Shown here: positions 30,423 through 40,480 of the stretch, in pieces
Position numbering within the stretch: the first letter of the stretch is position 1
How the letters are laid out: every line of letters starts with the position of its first letter
From: a virus
Lineage: Duplodnaviria; Caudoviricetes
Length of the DNA: 64,000 nt
Virus record (IMG/VR): IMGVR_UViG_3300020037_002952
Coordinates: 49,330 to 113,329 of that record
Reading direction: 5' to 3' (one strand)
Program-made: the position numbers and the translations under genes
The notes under the pieces: generated by a model
The model's database searches: none
What the model saw: only the letters and a program-made list of their open reading frames with translations
Told to the model about the DNA's origin: nothing

Positions 30423-32372
30423 TTAAATTTTCCCCGTAACGTATTTGTAGTAAAGGAAAGTCATCTTATTAGCAAGTAGTTTGCCCTGTTCAATTGTAAA
30501 GTCCTTTGGTAGGTATCCTGAATAACAAGTCAGTGCATATCCACTATTAAAATCCAATGTGAATTTAATGAATTTACCCTTGTTATGTTCTTCTAACATT
30601 AGGTTAGAAACTTTATATCCAACTTTAGGAGTCTTACCCGTGTACGCATCGATACTAGAGTCAGGCTTAATGGTGTGATTATTTCCAAAAGTCATTGCTT
30701 GACTACCCTGTGTTACGGTGTTCATAATCGGCCACAGGTCTGTCGGCTTACCGGAGGAAGTTTCATCAGACTTCTTCTTCTTAACAATCTTGCTTGCTTC
30801 TGGGAGAAGATCGATCTGTTCCAGAATAAGATATCCAGCATATGCAATAGCGCTAAACCAAGCATAGCCAGCCTTGTAGATATCCTTGGTTTTATATTTC
30901 ACACCAAGTCCATTGATTAAGCCCTGCACCACAAAGGTATTTCCATCGCCAGACCACGTAGTGACACCGTAACACTTTGCGTCAACTTCCTCTGGTATTT
31001 TCCCTCCGTAAAAGACTGGATCAATATTAATATACCCAATGGAAAGACTGGGCATGTCTACACCACCAACCCACTTACTCACGCCTTCGGGCAATGGATC
31101 TAGATTATGATAGACATGGGACTTGCCTTGTTGGAAAGACAAGTCGAGAGGATCAGGAAAATTTGGCGCTGGCATTAAATCTAGGTTGTTGAAAGTCCCT
31201 AGCTCGGGTGGGTATAGCGTATCAGCAACCTTGTATAGCTTGTCACTATCTTTGTATAGCGTGTCAGCAACAATTTTATCATCTTCCTCTTCCCAATTAA
31301 TTGTAGAAGAAAAAGACTCAACGATTATTGGCTTGGGCTTTTCTTGAATCGCCCCGTCCCATTTTCCCTGGACAGCAAACCCAGAATTAGTAGCTAGAGC
31401 AAAATAATCACCAAGAAGCTTTTGAACGCCAGTTGAAGCGTGAGCGTGTAGTGTATTAAGATCAACAGGGTTGGCTGCGTGAGCAGTCAGAACTGTATTC
31501 TGCATGTAGTTATCATAGATAGCATCAGTTGAAGCTCCCGAGCGACCTTTACGATGGTTAGCCCAGTTCAATTTATTAAGAATACACCCGTTGTTATGTT
31601 CCAGCGAGAAAACTCTATCAACAAAAAGTTGCTTAGTAGTAAACTCGTCGGGACCAAGAGTAAATAGCTCTCTCTCTCGTAGGATGTCGGCAGCGTTTGC
31701 CCAAGGAGGACCACAATAACCACCACCACCACACTCTCGGAAATATTTTGCCATTACCGCCAATGCATCCGGTCCCTCTTTTTCAAAGATATGAAACCAT
31801 CGCGTCCAAGCAGTACGACGATTACCTCCATAATAGCCGTGGACACCAATAGCTTGATGATGTCGCAACTCACCGCCACAAGCGAGGTGAATATATTGAC
31901 GGAAGGATTCATCAAGAAAGTTCACATGAGTTACAAACTTATCGTTAGCTTCGCCAGCAATTTCTGTAAGTTTATAGATCGGGTTATTAGTTCTTTCAAT
32001 AGAGAACTCTTTGATCCTGGTATTGATAACCTTCTTTGTCAACTGCAAAGTTGTCCCCGCTGCCATGACTTCTTCATTTGATGGGATCACAGATGTATCA
32101 AAGTGGACGAAAGAGTTGGTAGAGATACCATAAAGAAGGTAATAATCTGCCGCCGCTACAGCGGGATCAATCTTCTCGTTATTGACTCCATTCCAAACCT
32201 TTTTCCAGGAGTCTTTCTTACTAGTATCAATAAGCCATTTGTCGTCTAGATGTGACATATCCCAAGGGAAGTTATATGACGTGCCACCACCTTCCGTTGA
32301 CTGTTCTTCTTCTGCTTCTTCTAGACATTCCTCGCACTCGCAATAATCATCATCATAATCGTCTTCATGCAT
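30423..32372 (-). CDS. Large hypothetical protein with GGYCGPPW...VDRVFSLEHNNGCILNK domain
   Basis: 649 aa; translationally coupled to the phosphatase and PPDK-like genes. Confidence 0.65.
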   Translation of the reverse strand: MHEDDYDDDYCECEECLEEAEEEQSTEGGGTSYNFPWDMSHLDDKWLIDTSKKDSWKKVWNGVNNEKIDPAVAAADYYLLYGISTNSFVHFDTSVIPSNEEVMAAGTTLQLTKKVINTRIKEFSIERTNNPIYKLTEIAGEANDKFVTHVNFLDESFRQYIHLACGGELRHHQAIGVHGYYGGNRRTAWTRWFHIFEKEGPDALAVMAKYFRECGGGGYCGPPWANAADILRERELFTLGPDEFTTKQLFVDRVFSLEHNNGCILNKLNWANHRKGRSGASTDAIYDNYMQNTVLTAHAANPVDLNTLHAHASTGVQKLLGDYFALATNSGFAVQGKWDGAIQEKPKPIIVESFSSTINWEEEDDKIVADTLYKDSDKLYKVADTLYPPELGTFNNLDLMPAPNFPDPLDLSFQQGKSHVYHNLDPLPEGVSKWVGGVDMPSLSIGYINIDPVFYGGKIPEEVDAKCYGVTTWSGDGNTFVVQGLINGLGVKYKTKDIYKAGYAWFSAIAYAGYLILEQIDLLPEASKIVKKKKSDETSSGKPTDLWPIMNTVTQGSQAMTFGNNHTIKPDSSIDAYTGKTPKVGYKVSNLMLEEHNKGKFIKFTLDFNSGYALTCYSGYLPKDFTIEQGKLLANKMTFLYYKYVTGKI

Positions 32373-34428
32373 TTGAATCTACCTCTTTGTCTGTGTCAGG
32401 AGTATCTTCCTGGAATTCAATAACTTTTGCTTCGTTGTATTCTGCTGGGGTTGGGTAAACCTTTTCGATAAGATACAAAGTCATCTTACTTTCGTGCTGA
32501 CTCTGGGTCTTCTTTTTGCGGTAGCCAGCAAGATCCTCTTCCCACCATTTACATTCTTCTTGATGCCAAATACATTCCCTATGATCCATCCGCAACATGG
32601 CGAAGTGTTCATATGGTTGACACGTATGGTTAGTATCGTTTGTTAGCTCAACGCCACCATATTCAAGCTCGTAATCAGACAGCTTATTAACAGCCGCATT
32701 CTTAGCCCAAGCCTGTTGGTTCTTACCGTAATCATTAACATCAATAGTAAATCGTTTACAATCCATCTTATGCTCACACATTCTGTGACCACGGAGATAC
32801 ATTGCAAGGTGCGTTGTAAGAGTGCAAACCTTAGGATTCTTACTTGCGTTTGGAGTGTATGTAGGAGCAGCGGGCTCTTCTGGGACAGGAGTCTTAAAGA
32901 AGTAACCAGCAGCATAAGCTACAAACCATTCTTGCTTTTTGGTTTCAATAGCGTGTTCACAGTAATTCTTCCAAACAAACTGATGGCACTCGGTCGCTGA
33001 GACTTTGCCATCCTTGGATAGAAGATACATGATAGCTAGAATTGTTCCGGTTCTACCATGAGCGCCGATACATCCGATATCAATATCTTCACCGTTAACA
33101 GCACGCTCATAAGCGCTCTTGATCTGCTCTAGCGCCAAATCATAATCGCTGGGCAAGCTCATGTCTGGCCAAGCGATAAACTCATTACGCCAAGTGCAAA
33201 TACGGTTCCAACCAGAATCAGCGTACAGTCCAAATCCTGGTTTGATATTCTGAGCTTTCAAACCATGTGAATCTCTGCTTGCCGTAGTATGAACAATTAC
33301 TCCGTTGCCCAATGTTACTTTATGATGGACGTGAGTGCAATTTTTATACCAAGATTGATTAACAGCGCCCGCATTGTTATTAGGTGTTGTTGTTGACGGT
33401 GTTGATGATGCTGACTTTTTCTTTGAGAATGTCTCGTTCGATAGAAGATCGCCGTACTCCTCTTCCCAAGGATCGTAAATGTCAAAGTCATCATCATCAA
33501 AGTTAGACATATATCCTTTGGAATAATTTGTATTATCATCATCAAAATTGAATGTCTGCTCCTGAGATAGCTCAAAGATTTTATCTATAATAACATCTTT
33601 CTCTACCTGAACATAGGCTAGCTTACGTCGATTTGCATCGTCTTGTGGTAGAGCAGCCTTGTTGTTGAGTTCGATGATTCGAATTACTTCAGCATATTTC
33701 TGAATAAGATCCTGCACTTCATCAAGTCGCTCATCCAACACTGATGTTCCAGCTTGAATAATCTGAAGCTCTTCTTCAACATCATATTGGATTCGCAACA
33801 GGGAACGCAAAGCAGAAACCTCTGGGTCACCCCACTTTTCGTCACTCTTTATTCTTAGGATACCTTGTTCGATTGCTCCTAGACGCTCCCATGCTTCTTC
33901 GTTATCTTCTTCGTTATCTTCCTCCATATCATCAACCTTATCTACTTCTAAGAAATGGGCAATAGTTTTATAAAAGTCTAAAAACTCTTGCGCCTCAAGT
34001 CGGATCGCTTTGATCTTATTGCTAAGTGTTTGTGCTTTCGCATCATCTTCTGCATTTTTATGCTCTAGGGTTAGTTCTGTATCTTCTTTTTGTAATGCGG
34101 CTATCTTCGTTGAAAGGAATCGCATGACAGAAGCTGGCTTATCTAGATCTTCTTCATAATTAAATCCAGAATACCTTATCCCACTAACCGCCCAAGCCCA
34201 ACCAGATTCACGTAACCCTTCACGTAGCTTGATGAAAGACGTGTAGTCCTGATCATACAAAATTTTCCAATCATTAAAATTAGAAAAAATATCATCGATG
34301 GTCGCAGTTTCCACATAGTCATTCTGCAATTTCTTTGCAAGTGCAGCCATTTTACGCTTATGGACGCTTTCTTGTTTTATTGACCGCTGAGTTTTCTTCT
34401 TTGTTGCAGTTGAAGCCATCACATCCAC
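32365..34428 (-). CDS. Coiled-coil plus CX5R (PTP/dual-specificity-type) phosphatase with Cys/His-rich tail
   Basis: WPDM acid loop; IGCIGAHGRTG P-loop; AIETKKQ Q-loop. Confidence 0.8.
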   Translation of the reverse strand: MDVMASTATKKKTQRSIKQESVHKRKMAALAKKLQNDYVETATIDDIFSNFNDWKILYDQDYTSFIKLREGLRESGWAWAVSGIRYSGFNYEEDLDKPASVMRFLSTKIAALQKEDTELTLEHKNAEDDAKAQTLSNKIKAIRLEAQEFLDFYKTIAHFLEVDKVDDMEEDNEEDNEEAWERLGAIEQGILRIKSDEKWGDPEVSALRSLLRIQYDVEEELQIIQAGTSVLDERLDEVQDLIQKYAEVIRIIELNNKAALPQDDANRRKLAYVQVEKDVIIDKIFELSQEQTFNFDDDNTNYSKGYMSNFDDDDFDIYDPWEEEYGDLLSNETFSKKKSASSTPSTTTPNNNAGAVNQSWYKNCTHVHHKVTLGNGVIVHTTASRDSHGLKAQNIKPGFGLYADSGWNRICTWRNEFIAWPDMSLPSDYDLALEQIKSAYERAVNGEDIDIGCIGAHGRTGTILAIMYLLSKDGKVSATECHQFVWKNYCEHAIETKKQEWFVAYAAGYFFKTPVPEEPAAPTYTPNASKNPKVCTLTTHLAMYLRGHRMCEHKMDCKRFTIDVNDYGKNQQAWAKNAAVNKLSDYELEYGGVELTNDTNHTCQPYEHFAMLRMDHRECIWHQEECKWWEEDLAGYRKKKTQSQHESKMTLYLIEKVYPTPAEYNEAKVIEFQEDTPDTDKEVDSNA

Positions 34429-35930
34429 ACTTCCCCGGTCTTGCCGTTGATCTTAATAAGATTGCCGGACTCATAGGTCTGACCTTTACAAACAAAACCT
34501 TCATCTGTAACATCTGTGATTTCTTTGAAGCCAACAACACAGGAAATATCCCATGAGCGAGCAATCACTACAGCGTGGCAAACGCCGCCACCCTTAGAAG
34601 TGAGGATACCAACAGCATTTTTCATCTGTGGAACATCATCCGGAGCGGTATCTTTTGCTACGTAAATGTATGCTTCTTTCGCTGCAAAGTAGGCGTCAGC
34701 CTGCTCGTGATTCGTAGCAATTTTACCAACAACACAATTATCTGTTGCGCCTAGACCCTTGCCCACAAAGGCTAGAGAACCAGGATCTTGTGCTCCTAAG
34801 TCAGAAGCAGGAAGCAACTTGATAAATCTTTGGGTTGCTTCTTCTACAGAGATTTCTCCTTCACGATTCATGTCAAGAATAGTTCTGACACTAGCATTAC
34901 GTGATCGCTTAGCTATACGCCACTGGAGAAACCAAAGCTCGCCATTTTCGATCGTAAACTCTACGTCAAGAATATCACGATGCTTTTGGTAAAGTTTACC
35001 AATACCAGCCTGCAAAGCCTTACCAGCAACAGCAAGATCTTTGTCATGCAGAATGTCGTTGATCGGCTGTACGTCATGTGTACCAGCTACAACATCTTCT
35101 CCCTGAGCAAGCTTACGATAATCACCATACCACTGCTTTACTCCCGAAGAAGGATTATGAGTAAACACAACGCCGGTAGCACTCTGAGGATTCAAGTTAC
35201 CAAAAACCATCCGTTGCACAGTGGCAGATGTCCCCATCTTATGATCAATTCCCTCAATCTCCCGATACTTGTAAGCTTTCTCGCCGAACCATGAACTAAA
35301 GACTGCATTGCAAGACTCTAGTAACTGAATCTTCGGCGAAGTAGGAAACTGCTCTCCAGTCTCTTCGATATAAACATCATCGAAAAGATTGATAACATGC
35401 TCAAGTCCTTGGACCGGAAGATCGCTCCCCCAAAAAACAGTTGCAGCATCATAGATATCACTGAATCTCTTCGGCGCAATCCCCTTCACTGTAACGCCAT
35501 ACATTTGGATAAGTCGGCGGTAACAGTCAAGTCCAAATTCTGGAGTCGCTTTATAATACTCAACAAAGTTGTCAAGATTATCAAGCGTCAAACCAATGTT
35601 GAGGATAGTATCCATCATCCCTGGCATGGAGATTGGTGCGCCCGATCGAACAGAAACAATAAGCGGTGGCTTAGAATTGGTTGTTCCCCAACCAAGCCCA
35701 GAATTCTGAGCGAGATATCGAATATGAGAATCCAATGAATAAGCAAAGTTACTATGCTCGTCATACTTTTCTCCATTAGAAAAATCACGCATGAAACAAT
35801 TTGAAACTAGGGCGGTAAAAGCTGGAGGAACCTTAAACCCAGCCTTTACCATTTGATTAAGATTTGCTGCCTTGCCTCCAACATCTGCGTTTGAAAGATT
35901 TGACAAACCATCTAGCGTAACAATACTCAT
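34419..35930 (-). CDS. PPDK-like protein (ATP-grasp plus phospho-His swivel; no PEP/pyruvate barrel)
   Basis: GGKAANL, VSVRSGAPISMPGMMDTILNIG, VQRMVFGN, AQGEDVVAG, DVEFTIE, GGGVCHAVVIAR; ends at NGKTGEV. Confidence 0.9.
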   Translation of the reverse strand: MSIVTLDGLSNLSNADVGGKAANLNQMVKAGFKVPPAFTALVSNCFMRDFSNGEKYDEHSNFAYSLDSHIRYLAQNSGLGWGTTNSKPPLIVSVRSGAPISMPGMMDTILNIGLTLDNLDNFVEYYKATPEFGLDCYRRLIQMYGVTVKGIAPKRFSDIYDAATVFWGSDLPVQGLEHVINLFDDVYIEETGEQFPTSPKIQLLESCNAVFSSWFGEKAYKYREIEGIDHKMGTSATVQRMVFGNLNPQSATGVVFTHNPSSGVKQWYGDYRKLAQGEDVVAGTHDVQPINDILHDKDLAVAGKALQAGIGKLYQKHRDILDVEFTIENGELWFLQWRIAKRSRNASVRTILDMNREGEISVEEATQRFIKLLPASDLGAQDPGSLAFVGKGLGATDNCVVGKIATNHEQADAYFAAKEAYIYVAKDTAPDDVPQMKNAVGILTSKGGGVCHAVVIARSWDISCVVGFKEITDVTDEGFVCKGQTYESGNLIKINGKTGEVWM

Positions 35931-36534
35931 TCTTCATCACCTTCTTTATTCATCATCTGAAGATTCGTTGACATAAAATACTTCTCTAGAGCTTCCTTCG
36001 GATCTTTCTCGCCCGTAACAGCGGCAGAAAAGTAGAAGAAGTGCAGGAACCATCTGATGTTCCAGCGTAGAATTCTTTGCAGATCTTCTCTCGTGTAATC
36101 AGCGTATAGCATTTCTCTTGTCTCTTTATCATCCTGAGACATCGCTGTGATTATCTCCATGAGAGCATGAATTGCTTCTTCTTCTGTCTTAAGTGTTAGT
36201 GCCATGATCTATTCCTCTTCGTCATTGTGCCCGAGAGCATTCAAAATATCTAGCATGTGATTTTCGTAGTCGGTCCTCGTGACTATAGTCGTTGTACCGA
36301 GAGAAGCAAGTCGCTCCCTGAGAATGCTCTCAGCATTGGCTCGTCGCTGGGGTTTAGAAATAATTGCTTCAGGAGTCTTAATTCCAAACTTATGAAAAAC
36401 TTCAGCAGAAGTTAGACCGGAGAAATTTCCAATAGGAACAACTCCGGTATCTCGAACGCTTACGAGAGCGGCTTTCCAAAGATCACCATCTTCTGACACT
36501 TGAACTTTCACTGTATGCAATGCTTCTAGAATTG

Positions 36535-36960
36535 TCATAGTAAATCATCTCCAAAATCTACATCGTCGTAATCACCATAATCTTCGTAATCGTATTCTTC
36601 ATCATCTTCAATATCATCATCGTAAAAATATCCTTGGTCTGGACAATTCTCCGATGGCAGATAATTTTCGTAGATTGCATTCTCATTAAAGGAAAACTTT
36701 AATGGAAATTCGATAAATTCACCACTAAAATGAAGAGCAATACCCTGATCCCGGCCAGCGGTATTCCCTAGTCCATTAGCCTCAGCTAGCCAAACGTATG
36801 CGTCAACCCCACCAAAGTCTCCATAGCCTTCATAATTGTCTTCTTTAATTGATGGTTCCCCATTAGGCTGTAGAAGATAAACAGTCTTTGCTCCACGAGA
36901 AGAGAACTGATTGGAAATACTTTCATTTGTATCACACGTCATCCAACTAAAAAATCCCAT
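36535..36960 (-). CDS. Conserved phage protein (MGFFSW...YEGYGDFGG)
   Basis: Recognisable N-terminal motif and acidic tail. Confidence 0.6.
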   Translation of the reverse strand: MGFFSWMTCDTNESISNQFSSRGAKTVYLLQPNGEPSIKEDNYEGYGDFGGVDAYVWLAEANGLGNTAGRDQGIALHFSGEFIEFPLKFSFNENAIYENYLPSENCPDQGYFYDDDIEDDEEYDYEDYGDYDDVDFGDDLL

Positions 36961-37373
36961 TAGTTGCTCGTTTCTGGTAGGTAGTGAAGAGTGTATGTTA
37001 GATACGTAACAAATTTATCAAGACTAACAAATCTGGTGCCATAGGTGTTCTTCGGACCTTCTGATGTTACAATAATTTCAACAAGGCAGCCAAGGCTGGT
37101 CTTATAGCTAAAAATAGAACCGAGGGGTAGGTTTTGAAGTTCTTTAGCAGGGACAATTCGCCCGACTTTCAAAGACTCCGGTGGGGTTTCTGGCAAATAC
37201 TGAACCGTATAATCAATGGAGTATGGAAGTTCAAGGTGTAGCTTTAGATCGAATGCATCCCAACCCAACTTAGTGCTAATCCAAGTTTTCTTCCCGCAAG
37301 TAATAATGCTTCCAATGGGGAAGCCGTCAACATTTGTCATTGTGTCCCCGACCTTAGTGTCTTTGTTATACAT
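36960..37373 (-). CDS. 'VGD...LPxGS' duplicated-domain paralog
   Basis: FPIGSII..VQYLP..LKVG..LQNLPLGSI..HYLP. Confidence 0.65.
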   Translation of the reverse strand: MYNKDTKVGDTMTNVDGFPIGSIITCGKKTWISTKLGWDAFDLKLHLELPYSIDYTVQYLPETPPESLKVGRIVPAKELQNLPLGSIFSYKTSLGCLVEIIVTSEGPKNTYGTRFVSLDKFVTYLTYTLHYLPETSN

Positions 37374-38415
37374 TTTGCTCCTTAGGTTCTAGTTGTTTCC
37401 AAATCATTTTGCTATAATCTTTCCCATCTAACATTGCAAACAGGATGGATTTGTTATCTTTCTTCACTGCTTTTTGGGCAAACTTTTTGCGGCTTGTTTT
37501 AAACTCACGAAGATCATGGAAGTCTAGTTTCGCCTGAGCTTCAATCTCCGAATAAGCAAAGGTTAAATCAGTTTGGATCTGATGTACCAGTTCATAAAAC
37601 TCATCTGGTACAGTATCAAGAACTTTAAGAAAATCAATTCCTTCACTCATCGCCGCCCAAACTTTCTTCGGCGAGAAGTTCGTAATGATTCCGTGGAGCC
37701 GAACGTACTCTTCTTCTTTCAGTTTCAAAAGTTGAAGTCCATCCTTCGGGTCAAGGAATCTAAACACGTATCCTTCAAGGTTTCTTGGCGGTGCCTGAAC
37801 AGCTTCCTCGATATTTCTGTACTCGAAAACTTCCGTTCTTCTACCATTCCAACCGTCTAACATTGGATTATTCGGCCCTAGGATTGTTCCGGTGAGTATA
37901 TCTACTCCACATAAAAGTACCAAATCTTCATAATTATAATTGATTACGATTCGATTTTGCTTGTATATGATCTCAAATATTGGCGTTAGGTTTGCCGGGA
38001 ATGTGTGGTCTATGGTGCGAATTTTAGTTGTCGCCCAGATAGCCTGCTCTGAACTAAAGGACCCCCTCGTAGCTATAGAGGGTTGTCCATTAGAGTCAAG
38101 ATAATAAATCCCACAAGATCCATCAAGCTTATCTGTGACTTCCACGGGAGAATTATAATTTACCACGAATGGCTGTGGCTCAGACAAGTTAAAGAATTTC
38201 TTAATTGGTCTAGCTTTAATTTCTAAGCTTCCATCTAGGGCGTAGATTAGACCCCTAGATTGCAATGTTTCTGGCGTCCAAATTCTTTCATACGAGGCTT
38301 TAGCTGTATAGTTTGCTATAACAAGCTCTTCTTTTTCATGTTTCCTTATCGTAATATACCCTTCTCGGACGAATTCATGGAACTTGTCTATATCAAGTAT
38401 TTCATTAAGTTTCAT
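37366..38415 (-). CDS. RNA ligase, T4 Rnl1-like
   Basis: SRGLI, KKFFNL, TDKLDGS, ATRGSF, FEII, EGYV, KLK. Confidence 0.9.
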   Translation of the reverse strand: MKLNEILDIDKFHEFVREGYITIRKHEKEELVIANYTAKASYERIWTPETLQSRGLIYALDGSLEIKARPIKKFFNLSEPQPFVVNYNSPVEVTDKLDGSCGIYYLDSNGQPSIATRGSFSSEQAIWATTKIRTIDHTFPANLTPIFEIIYKQNRIVINYNYEDLVLLCGVDILTGTILGPNNPMLDGWNGRRTEVFEYRNIEEAVQAPPRNLEGYVFRFLDPKDGLQLLKLKEEEYVRLHGIITNFSPKKVWAAMSEGIDFLKVLDTVPDEFYELVHQIQTDLTFAYSEIEAQAKLDFHDLREFKTSRKKFAQKAVKKDNKSILFAMLDGKDYSKMIWKQLEPKEQNV

Positions 38416-39307
38416 TGGCTTTCTCTATCTTGATTAACATTGTCTTGCCCCGTTTGTACCATAGTGGCATCCATTCTTTAAATTCTTCCAGTGTTTGGTT
38501 ATATTTAATGTTGTTTACTCTTGTAGCACAAACCAGTAGATTCCCCTCTACATACCCCCTTTCAGTATCGAATCTATCGAATGAAAGATTATCTGGTTGT
38601 GACCCGTTACCAGTTATAGATTGAACTGGAATAAGAGTATAGACACATTTAAAATCTTGAAATTCAGCTAGATACTCCAGATATTCTGGAGATACATCAA
38701 ACTCTAAACCTCTTTTTCTGGCGCTAGTTTGGAGTCCGTTATGCTTGGATGACCAGCTTCTTGGCTTTCCCAATTGACTCTTAGACTGTTTTTCGATGCA
38801 ACAGCTTTTACATACCGATCTGATTTTATCCCCAGATCGGTAAAAAGACTCTATCGACTTGATTTCATCACAATCATTGCACCGTATAGAATTTTTATCT
38901 ACCCAGTTTACTCCTAGCTGGGGCCCAAATCTATTGGTGTCTAGCTTCAAGTAATCTTCCATATACTTAAGCACGGTAGAACGCCCTAATCCGTAGTCTC
39001 TCGCAATGGCCGTAACAGATTTTCCATTAGAGTGATGGGTTATAATTTCTTCCCGTAACGGATCTAGAATTGCAAAATTCTCAAGAGATATTCCTCTTCG
39101 GATACAGCCACAACTTTGGGTTTTCCCCGAAATTAAAATATCCCGTTTTCTTACAACCATCTCTCCGCATTCACATAAACAATTCCATGCTCTGCGGATG
39201 CGTTTTTTTGTTTTTCCATCTACGATTGGATCTGCTTCGTCGATCACAGTTAATTTTCCGAAAACTTTCCCTGATAGATCAGTTTCCGCTTTTGATACTC
39301 CAGCCAT
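38405..39307 (-). CDS. Free-standing homing endonuclease (Zn-knuckle/HTH plus HNH/EndoVII-like)
   Basis: DLSGKVFGKLTV...CECG...SCGC; CNDC..CKSC; CVYT...SFDRFD...GYVEGN...VNNIK. Confidence 0.8.
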   Translation of the reverse strand: MAGVSKAETDLSGKVFGKLTVIDEADPIVDGKTKKRIRRAWNCLCECGEMVVRKRDILISGKTQSCGCIRRGISLENFAILDPLREEIITHHSNGKSVTAIARDYGLGRSTVLKYMEDYLKLDTNRFGPQLGVNWVDKNSIRCNDCDEIKSIESFYRSGDKIRSVCKSCCIEKQSKSQLGKPRSWSSKHNGLQTSARKRGLEFDVSPEYLEYLAEFQDFKCVYTLIPVQSITGNGSQPDNLSFDRFDTERGYVEGNLLVCATRVNNIKYNQTLEEFKEWMPLWYKRGKTMLIKIEKANET

Positions 39308-39353
39308 TTTAACTATCCTTTCTTTAGGGTATAGTTAAAATAACGACAGAAAT

Positions 39354-39413
39354 TTAACCTTTGGTTACAAATACGCCTTCAGCTTGTAGTTCTTCTAGTG
39401 TGAACGGTAACAT
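39354..39413 (-). pseudogene. 19-aa stub, possible orphaned N-terminus of a displaced RNA ligase allele
   Basis: MLPFTLEELQAEGVFVTKG* with GAGG RBS; loosely like HEFVREGYITIRK of the ligase downstream. Confidence 0.35.
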
Positions 39414-39625
39414 GTTAAACCTCTGTCTGATAGGTTTCATTCTGAGACTTTCGATGCTTCCTACGCTCTGCGGCTCGGACCTTTCTTGCGGCCCAACGTT
39501 TAGCTCCAGATTTAGTCCAGGTGAGTTCACAGTCTAAGCACTCCCCGTTTTTATGTATCCATACGGTCCATGGAAAGTTGTACCATGCTCGTCGTTTAAG
39601 TATTTCAACAGTGTATACCGTTTTA

Positions 39626-40120
39626 TCAGTATCCACAATCATACTCTTCTACTCTAATCTTTTCTGGGGTAACAATAATGAGAGAATTCTCACCGAAAAG
39701 ATCTTCCATTAGTTGAGTTTCAGAGTTGATGAAGCTATAAATGGTCTTAGCAGCTGGGATAAAGTTCGGATTAGGTGACTGAACCGTTTTCTTAGTTTCA
39801 GAATCATACTTATATAAGATCTCGTCGCAAACCTGTCCGCGCCCACTATAGTCTTCTAAATCATACGGGTTAGTAAACTCTTCCCAATTAATTTCTGTAG
39901 ATGTACTGAAGTAAACATCGCCAATGCTAAATAAGCAGGGGTCGCCATCATTAAACCCTGGAATATACTGTGACCAAACAATTCCAGTTACCTGGGGATT
40001 CTCGGCAAAGAAGTTATTGAAAATATCTTTCAGTCCGCCGTTCTCTCGGATGCGTTTTACAGCCTCATCATATTCGTTACGAATAGCTTTAAACTCTTCT
40101 GTGATCTTACTAATGTCCAT
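39626..40120 (-). CDS. Conserved phage protein (WSQYIPGFNDGDPC)
   Basis: Motif resemblance; next to the DUF6915-like gene. Confidence 0.6.
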   Translation of the reverse strand: MDISKITEEFKAIRNEYDEAVKRIRENGGLKDIFNNFFAENPQVTGIVWSQYIPGFNDGDPCLFSIGDVYFSTSTEINWEEFTNPYDLEDYSGRGQVCDEILYKYDSETKKTVQSPNPNFIPAAKTIYSFINSETQLMEDLFGENSLIIVTPEKIRVEEYDCGY

Positions 40121-40129
40121 AATTTTCTC

Positions 40130-40480
40130 TCAGTCTACTAAAGTGTATGTCGTGGTTTTTCTTGCAGGTCCGCCGAGCCAATCATAAAAAGGCATATCGC
40201 CTAGATAGTCTTGGACTGTTGGAATTCTTTGCATGTCTTCAATAACGTGCTCTTCTAAAATGTCTCGAACAGAAAGTTCTCTACCATCAGAATTCGTAAA
40301 GGATACTCCAAAAACCTGTTCGCCAATGTAAATACCAAATGAGCTATGAAGCAATGCTCTATGTCTCATGTCTGGTACGTGAGCTTTACTTGAATCCATC
40401 CAGTCATGAAATGGTAAATAGTCTTCTACTTTACCGCCGTGACGTTTCACCGAGTTTTTAGCATGAAGTAAAGGTTTCAT
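40130..40480 (-). CDS. DUF6915-like His-rich protein
   Basis: HAKNSVKRHGG, HDWMDSSK, RHRALLH, EEHVIED. Confidence 0.7.
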   Translation of the reverse strand: MKPLLHAKNSVKRHGGKVEDYLPFHDWMDSSKAHVPDMRHRALLHSSFGIYIGEQVFGVSFTNSDGRELSVRDILEEHVIEDMQRIPTVQDYLGDMPFYDWLGGPARKTTTYTLVD

